From Amphiscolops sp. MND2022 (taxonomy: Eukaryota): DNA of 64,000 bases. The notes under the pieces were generated by a model. The model was given only the letters and a program-made list of their open reading frames with translations. It was not told the DNA's origin and searched no databases. This document shows, piece by piece, positions 1-12,088 of this stretch. Positions within the stretch are counted from its first letter, which is position 1, and the number at the start of each line of letters is the position of its first letter. Position numbers and translations under genes: made by a program. The DNA is taken from the NCBI GenBank assembly GCA_964187785.1, contig OZ076409.1:21206001-21270000 (forward strand), given 5' to 3'.

Positions 1-445
1 TGATGTTTTGAATGAATTTAATTCTGAACTGAATTCATTTAAAATATGATCCAAAAGGTTGTTGTTTTTTTAAACGTGGTAGCTGAAAAAAATAAGCTGT
101 GTACTTGATGTTTGTTTGAAGATGTTTGTGTTATTGTGTTGCTTAGTTTGTTGATCTTTGTGTTGCTGTCATTGTTGATAACTAGTAGCAAAAACATTAG
201 AATTTGTTAATGTTATTTGTCATTTAATGCCAGTAGTAATAAATGGCAGTTTTAATTCAACGCCATTTTTTAATGAAACGCCAGTCGTAGTGGTAAGCCA
301 GTAGTAGTCTACTTCAGTAAAACGCCAGTAGTAGTCTACTTTAGTAAAACGCCATTCGTTTCTCGCCAGATATAATCAATCACCAACATTAGTAATGCGC
401 CAGTTGTAATAAAATGCCGTTTTTCTGCGAAACGCCATTGAGGAC

Positions 446-447
<2 letters not shown>

Positions 448-480
<33 letters not shown>
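448..480 (+). repeat. (TAG)n microsatellite, about 11 units
   Basis: Read directly from the sequence. Confidence 0.95.
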
Positions 481-954
481 TTATGGAGGACAATTTAAAG
501 TCCTTAGTAGTAGTTAATCTTGGGACAAGTTAAAGTGTTCAGGACTTTAAATTGGCATTTTAAATTGGAAGTGACAAAAAAACAACAGTGGAAGAACTTA
601 ATAGAACAAAAATAGGCTAAAACGTAAGAAAAGGTCCCAAAACGTAAAAAGAATGTATTTGGAGATTTTTTTCTTTCGTCAGAAAGTAAGTATTAAGAAA
701 AAATTTTCGAGGACAACTTAAACATAATTTGTAGCATGAGGACAATATAAAGACAACAAAATTTAAATTGGTATGTCGAACAATCGTGGTAGCAACAACT
801 GGGTGGGACAAAGAATCCCTAGCATTTAGTTCAAAAACACATTTTTCGTTAATTTTTGCACCAATGTTGGTAATAACGAAAATGTCGGGAACAAGTGGTT
901 GCTATGATACATTCACAACAAAATATCACTTTTCCCAGTATAATGTAATTTTAA

Positions 955-1032
955 AGAGGCTCTCAGTTAGGGGATCACATAGTGTCGCCCATAACAAGAC
1001 CCACGTCGAGAACGTGGCCTCTGGAGGGTCTC
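955..1032 (-). ncRNA. Candidate HDV/CPEB3-like self-cleaving ribozyme, copy 1
   Basis: Minus strand parses as P1 GAGACCC/GGGUCUU (first pair G.U), P2 AGAGGC/GCCUCU, P3 ACG/CGU, L3 UUCUCGA, P4 UUAUGGG..CCCCUAA, J4/2 CUGA. A homologous copy lies at 54921-55007. Confidence 0.6.
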
Positions 1033-1709
1033 ACTGAATCAAAGAAATTAGATGGTAATGAGATTTATGGGTAATCACTCCCTTTATAGTTTAGTTATGA
1101 GACGAATCTGCATCCTGCCTGTCAGTAATTATTTGATCGAGGATCAATTTTTAATTTCCCATACCACGAGGCCGCTTGGGATAAAATAGAGTTCATTGAA
1201 AAGTGCTTTGAAACATCGTTTATTTGAAAAATTCTTACCTGAGAGAATGGAGCGATTGGCGAATGCGGCAGCCAATCAAACTTGAGCATGAAAAAATTTC
1301 AAGCTTTTTTCATAAAAACATCAAAAAAGTCAATAAAACGAAATTCTTAGGTTAGGGGGTTCTACCTCCCAGGTACTGCGTTCAATGACAAATCGAATGG
1401 TACCTACCCCCCATCTGTATCTTTTCTGTGTGCGGATAAATTAAAAAGTAATTTAAAAAATATTCAAAAATTCAGAAAATCTCAATTATTTTTTTCAAAA
1501 AACAACAAAGTGGTTAAAATAAAATTCCCAGGTTGGAGGGTTCCATTTCCTAGGTACTGCATTCAATGACAAATCGAATGGTACCAACCCCCCATCTGTA
1601 TCTTTCCTGTGTGTAAAGAAATTAACAAAACAATTTTGAAAAAATATTCAGAAAAAATGGGTTCGCATAAGTTTGGCAGTTTCTAATTCTGAGAAATGTA
1701 GAACTCAGC

Positions 1710-1945
1710 AACTAATTTTAGACGTTTGTAATGCGGAAAAGAATTCAACTAATTTTAGACGTTTGTAATGCGAGAAAGAATTCAACTAATTTTAGACGTT
1801 TGTAAGGCGAAAAAGAATTCAACTAATTTTAGGCGTTTGTAATGCGAAAAAGAATTCAACTATTTTTAGACGTTTGTAATGCGACGCAGAGTTTAACTAA
1901 TTTTAGACGTTTGTAATGCGAAAAAGAATTCAACTAATTTTAGAC
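1710..1945 (+). repeat. 37-bp tandem repeat, about 6 copies
   Basis: Unit AACTAATTTTAGACGTTTGTAATGCGAAAAAGAATTC. Confidence 0.9.
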
Positions 1946-2870
1946 TGTTATCATGGGCAGTCACGTCATTTATAATTCAGTTACGAAACGATTTCATTCA
2001 AAAAAACGTGCATTGATATCTACATGAAAATCTGAGTGACCTATCAAAATGGGCATTGGCATTTTTGTGCAGGGTCGAATTATATGGAATCTAAAAGTTG
2101 TAAAAATTGGAGGGAAACTAACACAATCTTTTTTGTTTGGAAAGTTGCGGTTTGAATCAAAATCTAAGCGAGGTTATCCGTATTATTAAAAATCACGTAT
2201 TAAAAATTCGTATTTTTCGTGCAAAAACGATATCAGTAAGAGAATGTGTTCTTGAGTTGCGTACCTCATTTTGTTCCTCTGTACTTGTTATTGGTGCTTT
2301 CGATCAAATTTTTATTATCATTCTGTAGAAAATCTATTGCGAATTTCGCATCCCCCCCAAACACGAAAGCACATTTCGTTCTGGAACAAAGTGTCTTAAT
2401 TGAAATTATTGGGCCGTGTTGAATGCTTCGCATCTGATTGGCCAATGTTAAACCAATCGCAAGTTTTTGTGGCATTTAATTAGTTGCAATTATTTGGGCA
2501 CATTTAATCGATTTATATTTTCGACATGATATTGGAACTTGCTCTAATTTGTTTTTAGTTGTTTAAAAAAAATTCAAGTAAAAAAAATTAGTTTTCATTT
2601 TCTACAGGCTAAAATCGTAGGAAATTCTGTTCTTCCTTGGGCGTATTTCCCGGACACCAAAAAATTTCAATAATGAAAAGTCGATAAAAAAACAGGTATT
2701 TGTAACTAAAACTCCGGCAGTATAAATAAAACAAATTCCTTAAAAAAAAACAAAATTTAGTGTCTTTTCTCAGCTGGGAATTTCGTTTTAATGGTTTTTG
2801 TTTATATGAATTAGAAATAAGACGTCCCTGGATCCATGACTTCTAATAACGTTGATTGTTTCTAATAGTA

Positions 2871-2967
2871 AAAATAATTTGTAAAGAATTTTAAGGTATA
2901 GTATATCAGAAAATGTTATATTTTTTTCTGATCTACTATACCTTAGAATTCTTTACAAATTATTTTT
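2871..2967. repeat. Imperfect ~97-bp palindrome
   Basis: AAAATAATTTGTAAAGAATT...AATTCTTTACAAATTATTTT. Confidence 0.85.
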
Positions 2968-3579
2968 TAAATAAGATATAATATGATATTAGTATATTTT
3001 TTATATACTATAGTATATTTTTCTCTGGACCGTTTTTCTGTTTCACTTGGTATAAAATACCAAAATATTATATATATTGCTGTTTTAAACTGCTTCATTA
3101 TTGGTCGAGAGTACCAAAAATCTTACCTCATGAACGCCAATGCAACAGTTTACATAACACATTTGATTCTGAAAAAACATCAATAAAAGTTCTTAAAGTA
3201 AAATTCCCAGATTAAGGGTTTCTCTTTTCGAGATACTGCGTTCATCAATGACATATCGAATTGTACCAACCCCCCATCAGTATCTCCTGTGTGTAAACAA
3301 ATTGACAGAATAATTTTTTTTTGTTTTCTGAAAGATCATAAACAAGAGTTCGTAAAACAAACTTAATGGAAACACAAGGTTTTACCTACCTTCTTGTCGA
3401 CATAAATTGTACCTGGGTAGATAAAAAGACGTGGTCCATGATTTCTTAAAACAACTGGGAGAAAGTGTAATTTCATCTTCGTAAATTTGAATAAACGACA
3501 GGCATAATTGACAGGTATAATACTGGATAATTTAAATTGTATAAAACATTTAGGTAGAATGAAGATTATCACAAGAAAA

Positions 3580-3634
3580 GATTGACTGATTCCAGTTATA
3601 TCTTATATAAGATATAACTGGAATCAGTCAATCT
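3580..3634. repeat. Near-perfect ~55-bp palindrome
   Basis: GATTGACTGATTCCAGTTATATCTTATATAAGATATAACTGGAATCAGTCAATC. Confidence 0.9.
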
Positions 3635-4144
3635 TGGAATCAGTATATACCTGATAACGTATAAGAAGTTTACTTATATACCAGTATGACTTTGTGTGTC
3701 TAACACGTGTACAGTATAGCAGTCGATGCAGTGGTGAGATTAGAATCACACATTGCGAACAAGTTTGAATTATGACGCAATTACACATGTACATGTAATA
3801 CATGTACATGCCCTGCGCAAGTGTATTCACACTATATGTACACAGTGTCTTCTTTGTACATACAGTGTGATTTTATTTGCGCAGACAGTGCATGTATTAC
3901 GTCATACATGTACGTTTTGTACATGCGCTGGTCAAATTCAATTTACATTCAATTCTCTTATTAGTCGATGAACTCCAATCAAATAGGAAAAAGATTTTTT
4001 ATCTATATCTACGTAATTTTTACGAACAAGAATTTAGCTAACATATTTTGAAACTACCCTACATTATATACATGTATTATATATTTTGTATATTGTATCA
4101 TATGTATCAAATAGTTGTATTTTGTATTATATATATTTAAGCAC

Positions 4145-4920
4145 GGGAATATGATCTAATAATAGGGGACGGGAATAAGATCTAAAGAGAATCAGATCTA
4201 AAATATAGGGACAGGAATAAGATCTAAAAAGGGAATAAGATCTAAAAAAGGAATAAGATCTAAAAATAACTACAGGAATAAGATCTAAAAAGGGAATAAG
4301 ATCTAAAAAGGGAATAAGATTTAAAAAGGGAATAGGTTCTAAAAATAAGGACAGGAATAAGATCTAAAAAGGGAATGAGATATGAAAAGGGAATAAGATC
4401 TAAAAAGGGAATAAGATCTAAAAAAGGAATAAGATCTAAAAAAGGAATAAGTTCTAAAAATAACTACAGGAATAAGATCTACAAATTGAATAAGATCTAA
4501 AAAGGGAATACGATCTAAAAAGGGAATAAGTTCTAAAAATACGGACAGGAATAAGATCCAAAAAGGGAATGATATATGAAAAGGAAATAAGATCTAAAAA
4601 GGGAATAAGATCTAAAAAGGGAATGAGTTCTAAAAATTAGGACAGGAATAAGATCTAAAAAAAGAAAGAGATATGAAAAAGGAAAAAGATCTAAAAAGGG
4701 AATAAGATATAAAGGGGGAATAAGTTCTAAAACATAAGAACAGAAATAAGATCTACAAAGGGAATAAGATCTAAAAAGGGAATAAGATCTAAAAAGGGAA
4801 TAAGATCTAAAAAAGGAATAAGATCTAAAAAGGGATTAAGATCTGAAAAGGGAATAAGATCTAAAAGGGAATAAGTTCTAAAGTAAAAGGACAGGAATAA
4901 GATCTAAAAATTGGGGACGT
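4145..4920 (+). repeat. ~18-bp minisatellite (GGGAATAAGATCTAAAAA)n with variant units
   Basis: Read directly from the sequence. Confidence 0.92.
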
Positions 4921-5916
4921 GAAAAAGATTTTGGGGGGCCATACCTAAAACTTGAGAATGGTAAAAAGATTTGATAATTATTATAAAAAGAATTGAAAGT
5001 TGAATGCAGTACCCTGGAAATTCAACCCCCCAACCTGGGAATTTTGTTTTAATACATTTTTTTGAAGATTTTTTTCTAAAAATATTATGTAATTTTCCTA
5101 TTTCCTGAATAATTTTTGAAATTATTTTGTTAAATTCTCTACATATAAGAAAGATACAAATGGGGAGTAGGGACCATTCAATTCATCATTAAATGCTGGG
5201 AAGTAGAACCCCTAACTTGGGAATTTTGTATTGATAACTTTTTTAGATGTTCTTTAAAAAAACACGAAAATTTTCTGTTTTCTGGAATTTTTTGAAATTA
5301 TTTTGTTAAATTCACTTCATACAAGAAAGGTACCTATGGGGGGTTGGTATTATTCAATTCGTCATTGAATGCCGTACCTGGGAAGTGGAACCCCCCCCCT
5401 GAACCTGGAAATTTTGTTTTAACGTTTTTGGAAGTTCTTCCAAAAATAATATGAAAATTTTCTGTTTTCTGAAATGTTTTTGATTTTTTTTTGAAAATTC
5501 ATTCAGTTATTTCAAATATTAACTACTCGTGACTAGGAATCACGTGACTAACGTGTAAGAGAAGTATTCGCGTAATTAACGTCTTAAACATGAATTCACA
5601 GAACTAACGTCTAAAATAGGTATTCGCGAGACAACCGTCCAAAACATGGTTTCGCGTGACTTATGTCTAAAACAGGTTTTCCCGTGACTAACGTCCAAAG
5701 TAGGCAATCGCCTGATTAACGTTTTAAATAGGATATTTCTACTTTCCGCAAATTATTTTAAAATGGTACTTCGAATACTGACGGTAGTAAGCTAACAGAG
5801 GACAATTTAAAATTAATACTCAGTATTAGGCCATTTTAAATTGGCACTCCACGCAATGAGGACACTTTAAATTGGTATCATAATACCAAAATCCGCTTTA
5901 AATTGTCCCTCAGATC

Positions 5917-6074
<158 letters not shown>

Positions 6075-7626
6075 CGAGATTATCCGATAGCTATATCGTC
6101 CTGGCAAAAGCCAGATCTTCGAGTTTGAGCCAATTGTCGGTTCCAAAGTCTTTTCGGTACGTTTTCAGGATAGTTGGGGGGCGGGGTCCTCTTTTTCTTC
6201 TGGGCAAAGTCTCTACAAATCTGAGAACGTCTTTGAAGGTGCTTTCTCTCCTGAGTAGGTGACCAAGGTGACGTTTTCGATAAAATCTCAAAGATTCGGA
6301 GAATGGTTGGCAATTTGTGATCCAAAAATGATCATGCAAAATGAATATTATAGTACACAAATATTCGTATTTTTGAGTTTAGTACCAGTTCTCAACAAAC
6401 TGCCAGATCATCTCAATCTGCCATTTTTGATGACATGCTTTATTTTGGTACCAGTCATGAGTATCTCTATTCGTACTTTGGTACTTTTCGTGTCAATCAA
6501 AACAAGTTCCATTGATATAAAATTGAATTAGTTTAAATTTTTCTACCTTTCCAAAAATGATTACTCAAAATCAGCGGACCAATCAGAGAGCAGCGGCAAA
6601 AGCGTCATTATAGCAGCAGTATTAGCGTGGAATCCAAGACAAGCACTGTCGTGGAATCCAAGACACCCTTTTCATCAAAGAGAAATTTTGTCCTGGATTC
6701 CACGACTTTTCTCAATTTTCGTGTCCCGGATTCCACGAAAACAGCAAAAAAGCTTGCCTGTGCACTGTAATGACTGAAAGATCACCCAGTAAACCCCATC
6801 AGACCTGGAACTATACGGTCTCCAACAATGAACGTGGCACCCGACTGCCACCAACATGAAAATCTCACCGGCAGGACCTCGACTGAAGCCGTGGACCCGG
6901 TCTAACCCACAATCAACACGGGGACAACAATCTCCAAACTGAAAACAAAGAGAATAAAGAGGTCTCTAATCTTAGAGCCCCCTCCCAGATCAGCCAGTCC
7001 GAAAATGAGGTCGCGGACCCCCGACCCATTGCTACTGACGCAACTAACATGCAGTCTGAATCCTCACCAGGTGTTGCAAACGACACACCGCAACAGTACA
7101 AAACTCAGTCCTACCCCGCAGACCAGACTGCAGAATACCCGAGCCAAAATCACCTGGACACAGGGACATTAACCGCCCTCTCCTCTCACACAAGGCAGTC
7201 CGGAAATGAGGAAACCAGATTATGCAAGCTACAACGCCCTAGAAGTCATTTCAGCAAATTTGACAAATCCGGACAAAAACTTGGACGATGGCCCAGAAAT
7301 ACAAGTGTTGTATTTGAAATACTTATTTTCAAATCTCCTCAACCTACGATGGCTCTCTCTCACACTCTCTAACTCCACAACTTGGATGAAAACAATGCAG
7401 AGGCTAAATACTAAATGGACCGACCCAGTGGATCATTGAGCGGCCTCGAATTTTTTTCTTCAGTTTTTATATTGCTCCATAATACCAGAACATGCTATTT
7501 TTTTCTTTTATCTCTCTCACGGAACCAACTTGTGGAACCGAAATATACTGGAACAGCAAACAGCAAACGAAAATTGAATCAGAAGCAATAATCAGAGATA
7601 CAAATCAAGCAAAGTTAACAAGAAGT

Positions 7627-9575
7627 TCATCGAAAGTTTTTTTCCTCTAAAAGAGTTAAACAGGACTTTCCTTGACGAGCAGCGCGCTTACTTCTTTTTC
7701 CCGCTTGAGATGACGAACACGACTCAGACCGGCTACAATCAGCAGGGACACGACCAACTGTAAAGCCCGAACGCACTGCAGCACCAGACGACATCCGTGT
7801 CTTCCATTCCTCCACCTGCCCAGAATAATAGGCAGTGTAACACTCAAACAAACTACAGTAGATCTCTTCACTGGAATGACAACTTACGCCAGCCCATGGA
7901 TTGAAGAGCCACAACCCAAAAATTGAGGTCCATTCGGCAAATTCAGTTTCAACTCCTCCAGGCATTCTACAGTCAATAAATCATACGACATGAATTTAGG
8001 CTGCAAGATTGCACACCACGGAGACTTGACCGAACGGAGGCAAGCTTGTCCCACTAGTAGAAATATCAACCAGCGGCAATGATTTGGGAGCAAGGCAAAC
8101 GATCACACGAACCAGTCGCACAACTTGCTTTACATAGGCCCGACCTTGGTAACTCTCAATCCCTTCCAAGTAGTTGTTGAATACATCGAGAATTTGTGAG
8201 CAATCAACACATCTTTGACGTAAATCCATAACCAAAAATTTAAATTCGTTTGTTGCGGCATCCCGCTCCACATCGCCCAGACACACGGATTCCTGAAGAC
8301 AGAGGACATGGTCCTGGAATAAATCCACAACGTATTCGACGTCACCACCCAACAGCATGTCGACACTCATGCAACTGAGCGATCGAGCAATACGAGGTTT
8401 GGCATAAGAGCACGAACCAAGAACCTTTAAAATTTCTAATAAAATATCCTCGACATTCACGGAGGAATGACCGCCGGGGACCCTCGTCAAGACCACGTAG
8501 TGCCTTCATGAGACTGGGTTCTCCTTGCAGACATTCAGAAGCAGTCACATTCGCCCAACTGTTCAGTGGCTTGTCAATGTAGTCAGACCAATTGTCGTTA
8601 GAAGGTAACTGGCTTCTCTTTTTTCACCTGACTCAATAAACTCCAATAGAAAAAGCAAAATTCAGTAAAGCTCCTGCACGCGTAATCTGTAACACCCAAT
8701 TCAAACAATTTCTTGCAATTCGAACGAAAAACCACAGGAAAAGAACAAGCAAATGGGCTAGTCGAGGCAGACTCAAACACAGGAGAGAATCCAGATCCAC
8801 GACATTGATGTTTTTCCTCATAAGCAAGACATCGTTTGACAGACAAATCTTGACATTGGACCAATTGTCCAGGAGCTCTTGCAACACATCACACAAGTTT
8901 TCGGAAGGAACAACCCCAGACTCCAAGCATAGACGGAATTGTGGCAAGTTCAGAAGCCAGGTCTGGAGACATAATTTCTTCAAACGTTGTGCCAGATACT
9001 CTATGACTGCAAAAAAAATCCACGCACCCAACACAAACCAAACTAGCATCGCGAACTAAACGACGCAGAAGATCGGAGTCAAAGATGGCAGCAACAACAG
9101 GCACAGGTTGACCCATAGAACGACACCAAACCACATAAACGTTAAATAATACAGGAGGGCAGTTTTAAATAGCAATAGGCCCACGCCGAGTGGACGCCAA
9201 GGACAACACACAGGACAGACACCGAATTTCTGATTCACAGGAAGCAACTCCAACGCCTTCATCCACGAGACATACTTCCCGCAAAGAGTCATCGGGACAG
9301 CATCGGACAGTACATCGCACCCCTGAGAATGTCGATTGCACTGACAAACTAAAAGGGCTGTCACCAAGCCATGACTTCACACGACGAAGTTTGCGTGTGT
9401 AAAGGGTCTGAACAATCACATTCAAGGCCTTAGTTTTGCTCCAGGTAACACAGGCATACGGGCTATCGACAGGAAGAGTTGTACGAATTTGACTCCACAG
9501 ACGACGAAGAAACAGCTGTGAGCCACCACTCCTCAATGGCTCAAACAAACAACCCACAAGAGTAGTAGGGGGCAC
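7627..9575 (-). pseudogene. Frameshifted long coding relic of unknown product, probably mobile-element derived
   Basis: Overlapping minus-strand ORF pieces (8633-9049, 8342-8548, 7996-8496, 7884-8093, 7627-7965) join by frameshifts into one protein-like sequence. GC is higher than in the flanks. No domain recognised. Confidence 0.45.
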
Positions 9576-10204
9576 ATTGGACGGGACAACTCAAAAAGCT
9601 CAACACAAACGGTGTGAACAGCTTTTCAGGACGCGGAATTAGTCAGTCATACTGTAAATCAACTGATTTTCAGCTTGCTTCCAAAACAAAATGCATACTC
9701 TAAACGTGAACGATCAAACAAACGCTGATGTTTTTATTCTCGACCGAGACATGCCAGCACAGCCAGTTCAAAGGCCCAGTACACCGCCACCTAATTACAA
9801 TATAATTATTCCAACGCGGATTAGTATTACTTACGAGATTATCAACACGCAAGACCAGCACGTGGTCCTAGTCCATGAGGAACCGCCAACAGACACTAGA
9901 AACGCAGAGAATGAAAATGGAGTCATAAGACGATTCACCCAGGAAAATCCAGTAATTCCTGATGATTCCTTCATAAGCCCAGTCAGGCAGTTTGACCGAG
10001 AAAATCTGGCTGTTCCTGAAGAGGGTTTCGACATTCCCATCCGCTTTTACAGCAGCTCAGAGGGATATTACTCAGAGGCAGCGATTGGGACACAGATTCC
10101 TCCTGGAGGTCATAGGGTTCGATGAGAGACGATCTATCAACGCTATTAGACACACCAATACGCTCAATCTCCCAATTCTTCCTCTCAGAAGAGACAGCGC
10201 AAAG

Positions 10205-10404
10205 NNNNNNNNNNNNNNNNNNNNNNNNNNNNNNNNNNNNNNNNNNNNNNNNNNNNNNNNNNNNNNNNNNNNNNNNNNNNNNNNNNNNNNNNNNNNNNNN
10301 NNNNNNNNNNNNNNNNNNNNNNNNNNNNNNNNNNNNNNNNNNNNNNNNNNNNNNNNNNNNNNNNNNNNNNNNNNNNNNNNNNNNNNNNNNNNNNNNNNNN
10401 NNNN
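10205..10404. other. Assembly gap (200 N)
   Basis: Run of N. Confidence 1.
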
Positions 10405-10409
10405 CACGG

Positions 10410-11600
10410 CAGTTTCAGTTCATCAAATAAAATTTGTACCGGAGATGAAATTTCTAATAATGGCACTGTCATCAGAGATGAAAAGATCAAGAGAATTGAG
10501 ATGAAAAGGTCTGAATTTACAATCATTTGGACAACAGAAGAAATAGTGGTAGCTGTTCTGCTCTGACGTTCCACAAATACACATAGGCGATGGTGTGCGG
10601 CTCAGTTTCCATAAGTTTTCAGCTAATCTTCGTGAGCTTCCGATGAGAAGATCGCTTATCATATTGGCAATCAAAGGGTTTCCGTCCAGCAAAGGTGAAT
10701 GAATCGTTTCTTGTGGCTAGTTCGAAATAAAATTCCTGAGGAAATTGTCATTATACGGACTGTTCCATCTGCGGTTCCAGTTATCCCTGATGAAGGCATT
10801 GATGGAGTCCCGAGTGTAAGAATGAGACATATGAGTTCTTTCAAATCTTCTCAGTTTGCTTAGGAGAAGGGAGGAGAGACTACTGGTTCTAGTCAATATT
10901 TTACATGCGTCGCGGTAACTAAATCATCTTTATTCACTGATTTGAATAAAAATTTTATTTCAACTGAAGAACAATAAATATCTATAGGAGGAATCCCCGT
11001 CAACACTTCAATAGCTGTTATCTTTGGAGACATGCTGTGTTTCATTATGGTGCGAATGATTCGATTTTGTATAACCTAAAGGCTTGCATAGTTTCTTTGG
11101 GCCCATATCGGCTCCGCATATAATAACTGTGGTCTGGTTATGGTTTTATACAGATAGGCTTGTTGTGTTGGTATACTGAGGCCCCACCTGTTAGAGCATT
11201 TACTTTTAAGCAGCCTCCAGCTAGTTAAAGCTTTCGAGGCCGTAATAGGTTAGTGTTTATAGTTAAGCACAGAAATTTAGTAGTTCGCTTCGTCTTGCAT
11301 CGCTCCGCGTTGAGAAGGTTTGGCTCAGTGTTGTCAGCCAAGCAATTCAAAAGAAGTAGCTCAGTTTTAGACCCATTAACTACCTTTCTCCACTTTTTGC
11401 ACCAAAACTCTATATTATGAAAAATAGCTTGTAGAGCTGAATGTAAGGTATCTGTGTTAAAAGCAGAGAAGATAGCCGAGCTGTCATCTGCAAATTTGAA
11501 CTATACCTCGACTTCGGATAAGAAGTCACTGAGGTAAAAAATAAAAAGAGGGGAAAGCACACTGCCTTGGGGGAGACCACCGGTAGAAAAATGCATCCAT
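10410..11600 (-). mobile_element. Decayed non-LTR retrotransposon 3' part (RT core to CCHC finger)
   Basis: Minus strand gives GLPQGSVLSPLL (~11545-11580), KFADDS (~11480-11500) and CICGTSEQNSYHYFFCCP (ORF 10423-10692). Many stops. Confidence 0.75.
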
Positions 11601-11639
11601 TGTCTATTAGTTTGCGATACTTCTCAATGGGTGGGCGGA

Positions 11640-11960
11640 AGTAGGTCGAAGGAACGGGATCGAAAATCAGATATAGTCCTCAGGTCGACATACCGAATTT
11701 TTGAATGGGATCGAAAAAACTCGGATCGAAATTTTTATAACGTAGTCAGATATGTTCACATACCCCTAGTGCCCTGAATGCAGGAGCGAAGCGAAGCGAC
11801 GTGCCATATGACCATGCCTCAATGTTGCTACTTGGCGAAGGAAGCGAAGCGACCGAGCCATACAACAAAAGCGATAAAATTCGACCGCATTCCATTCGAT
11901 CCCTGCAATTTGATCAAAAGGTTCGACCTCTGTCCTTTCGACCAGAAAAATTCGACCTGT
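11640..11960. mobile_element. MITE-like insert with inverted (G)GTCGAA/GATCGAA subterminal repeats
   Basis: GGTCGAA/GATCGAA repeats on the left, TTCGACC/TTCGATC on the right, and internal GCGAAGCG motifs. Confidence 0.4.
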
Positions 11961-12088
11961 TTACAGCAACCCCTTCTCAATTTTGCGCGCTTCAGCCTCG
12001 GTGGCGGTGGTTCCCGGGTTGCATAAAGTGCCTTGATTCACAGGTTTTTTTCTGATCTGTAGGCCACAGCCTCTGTCGATCAGCTCTT

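Noticed and set aside
9992..10574. ORFs spanning the N run
   Set aside because: Artefacts of the assembly gap.
10785..10800. CTGATGA cores as hammerhead ribozymes (also ~9959, ~32684, ~62115)
   Set aside because: I could not find flanking stems with a correctly placed GAAA.
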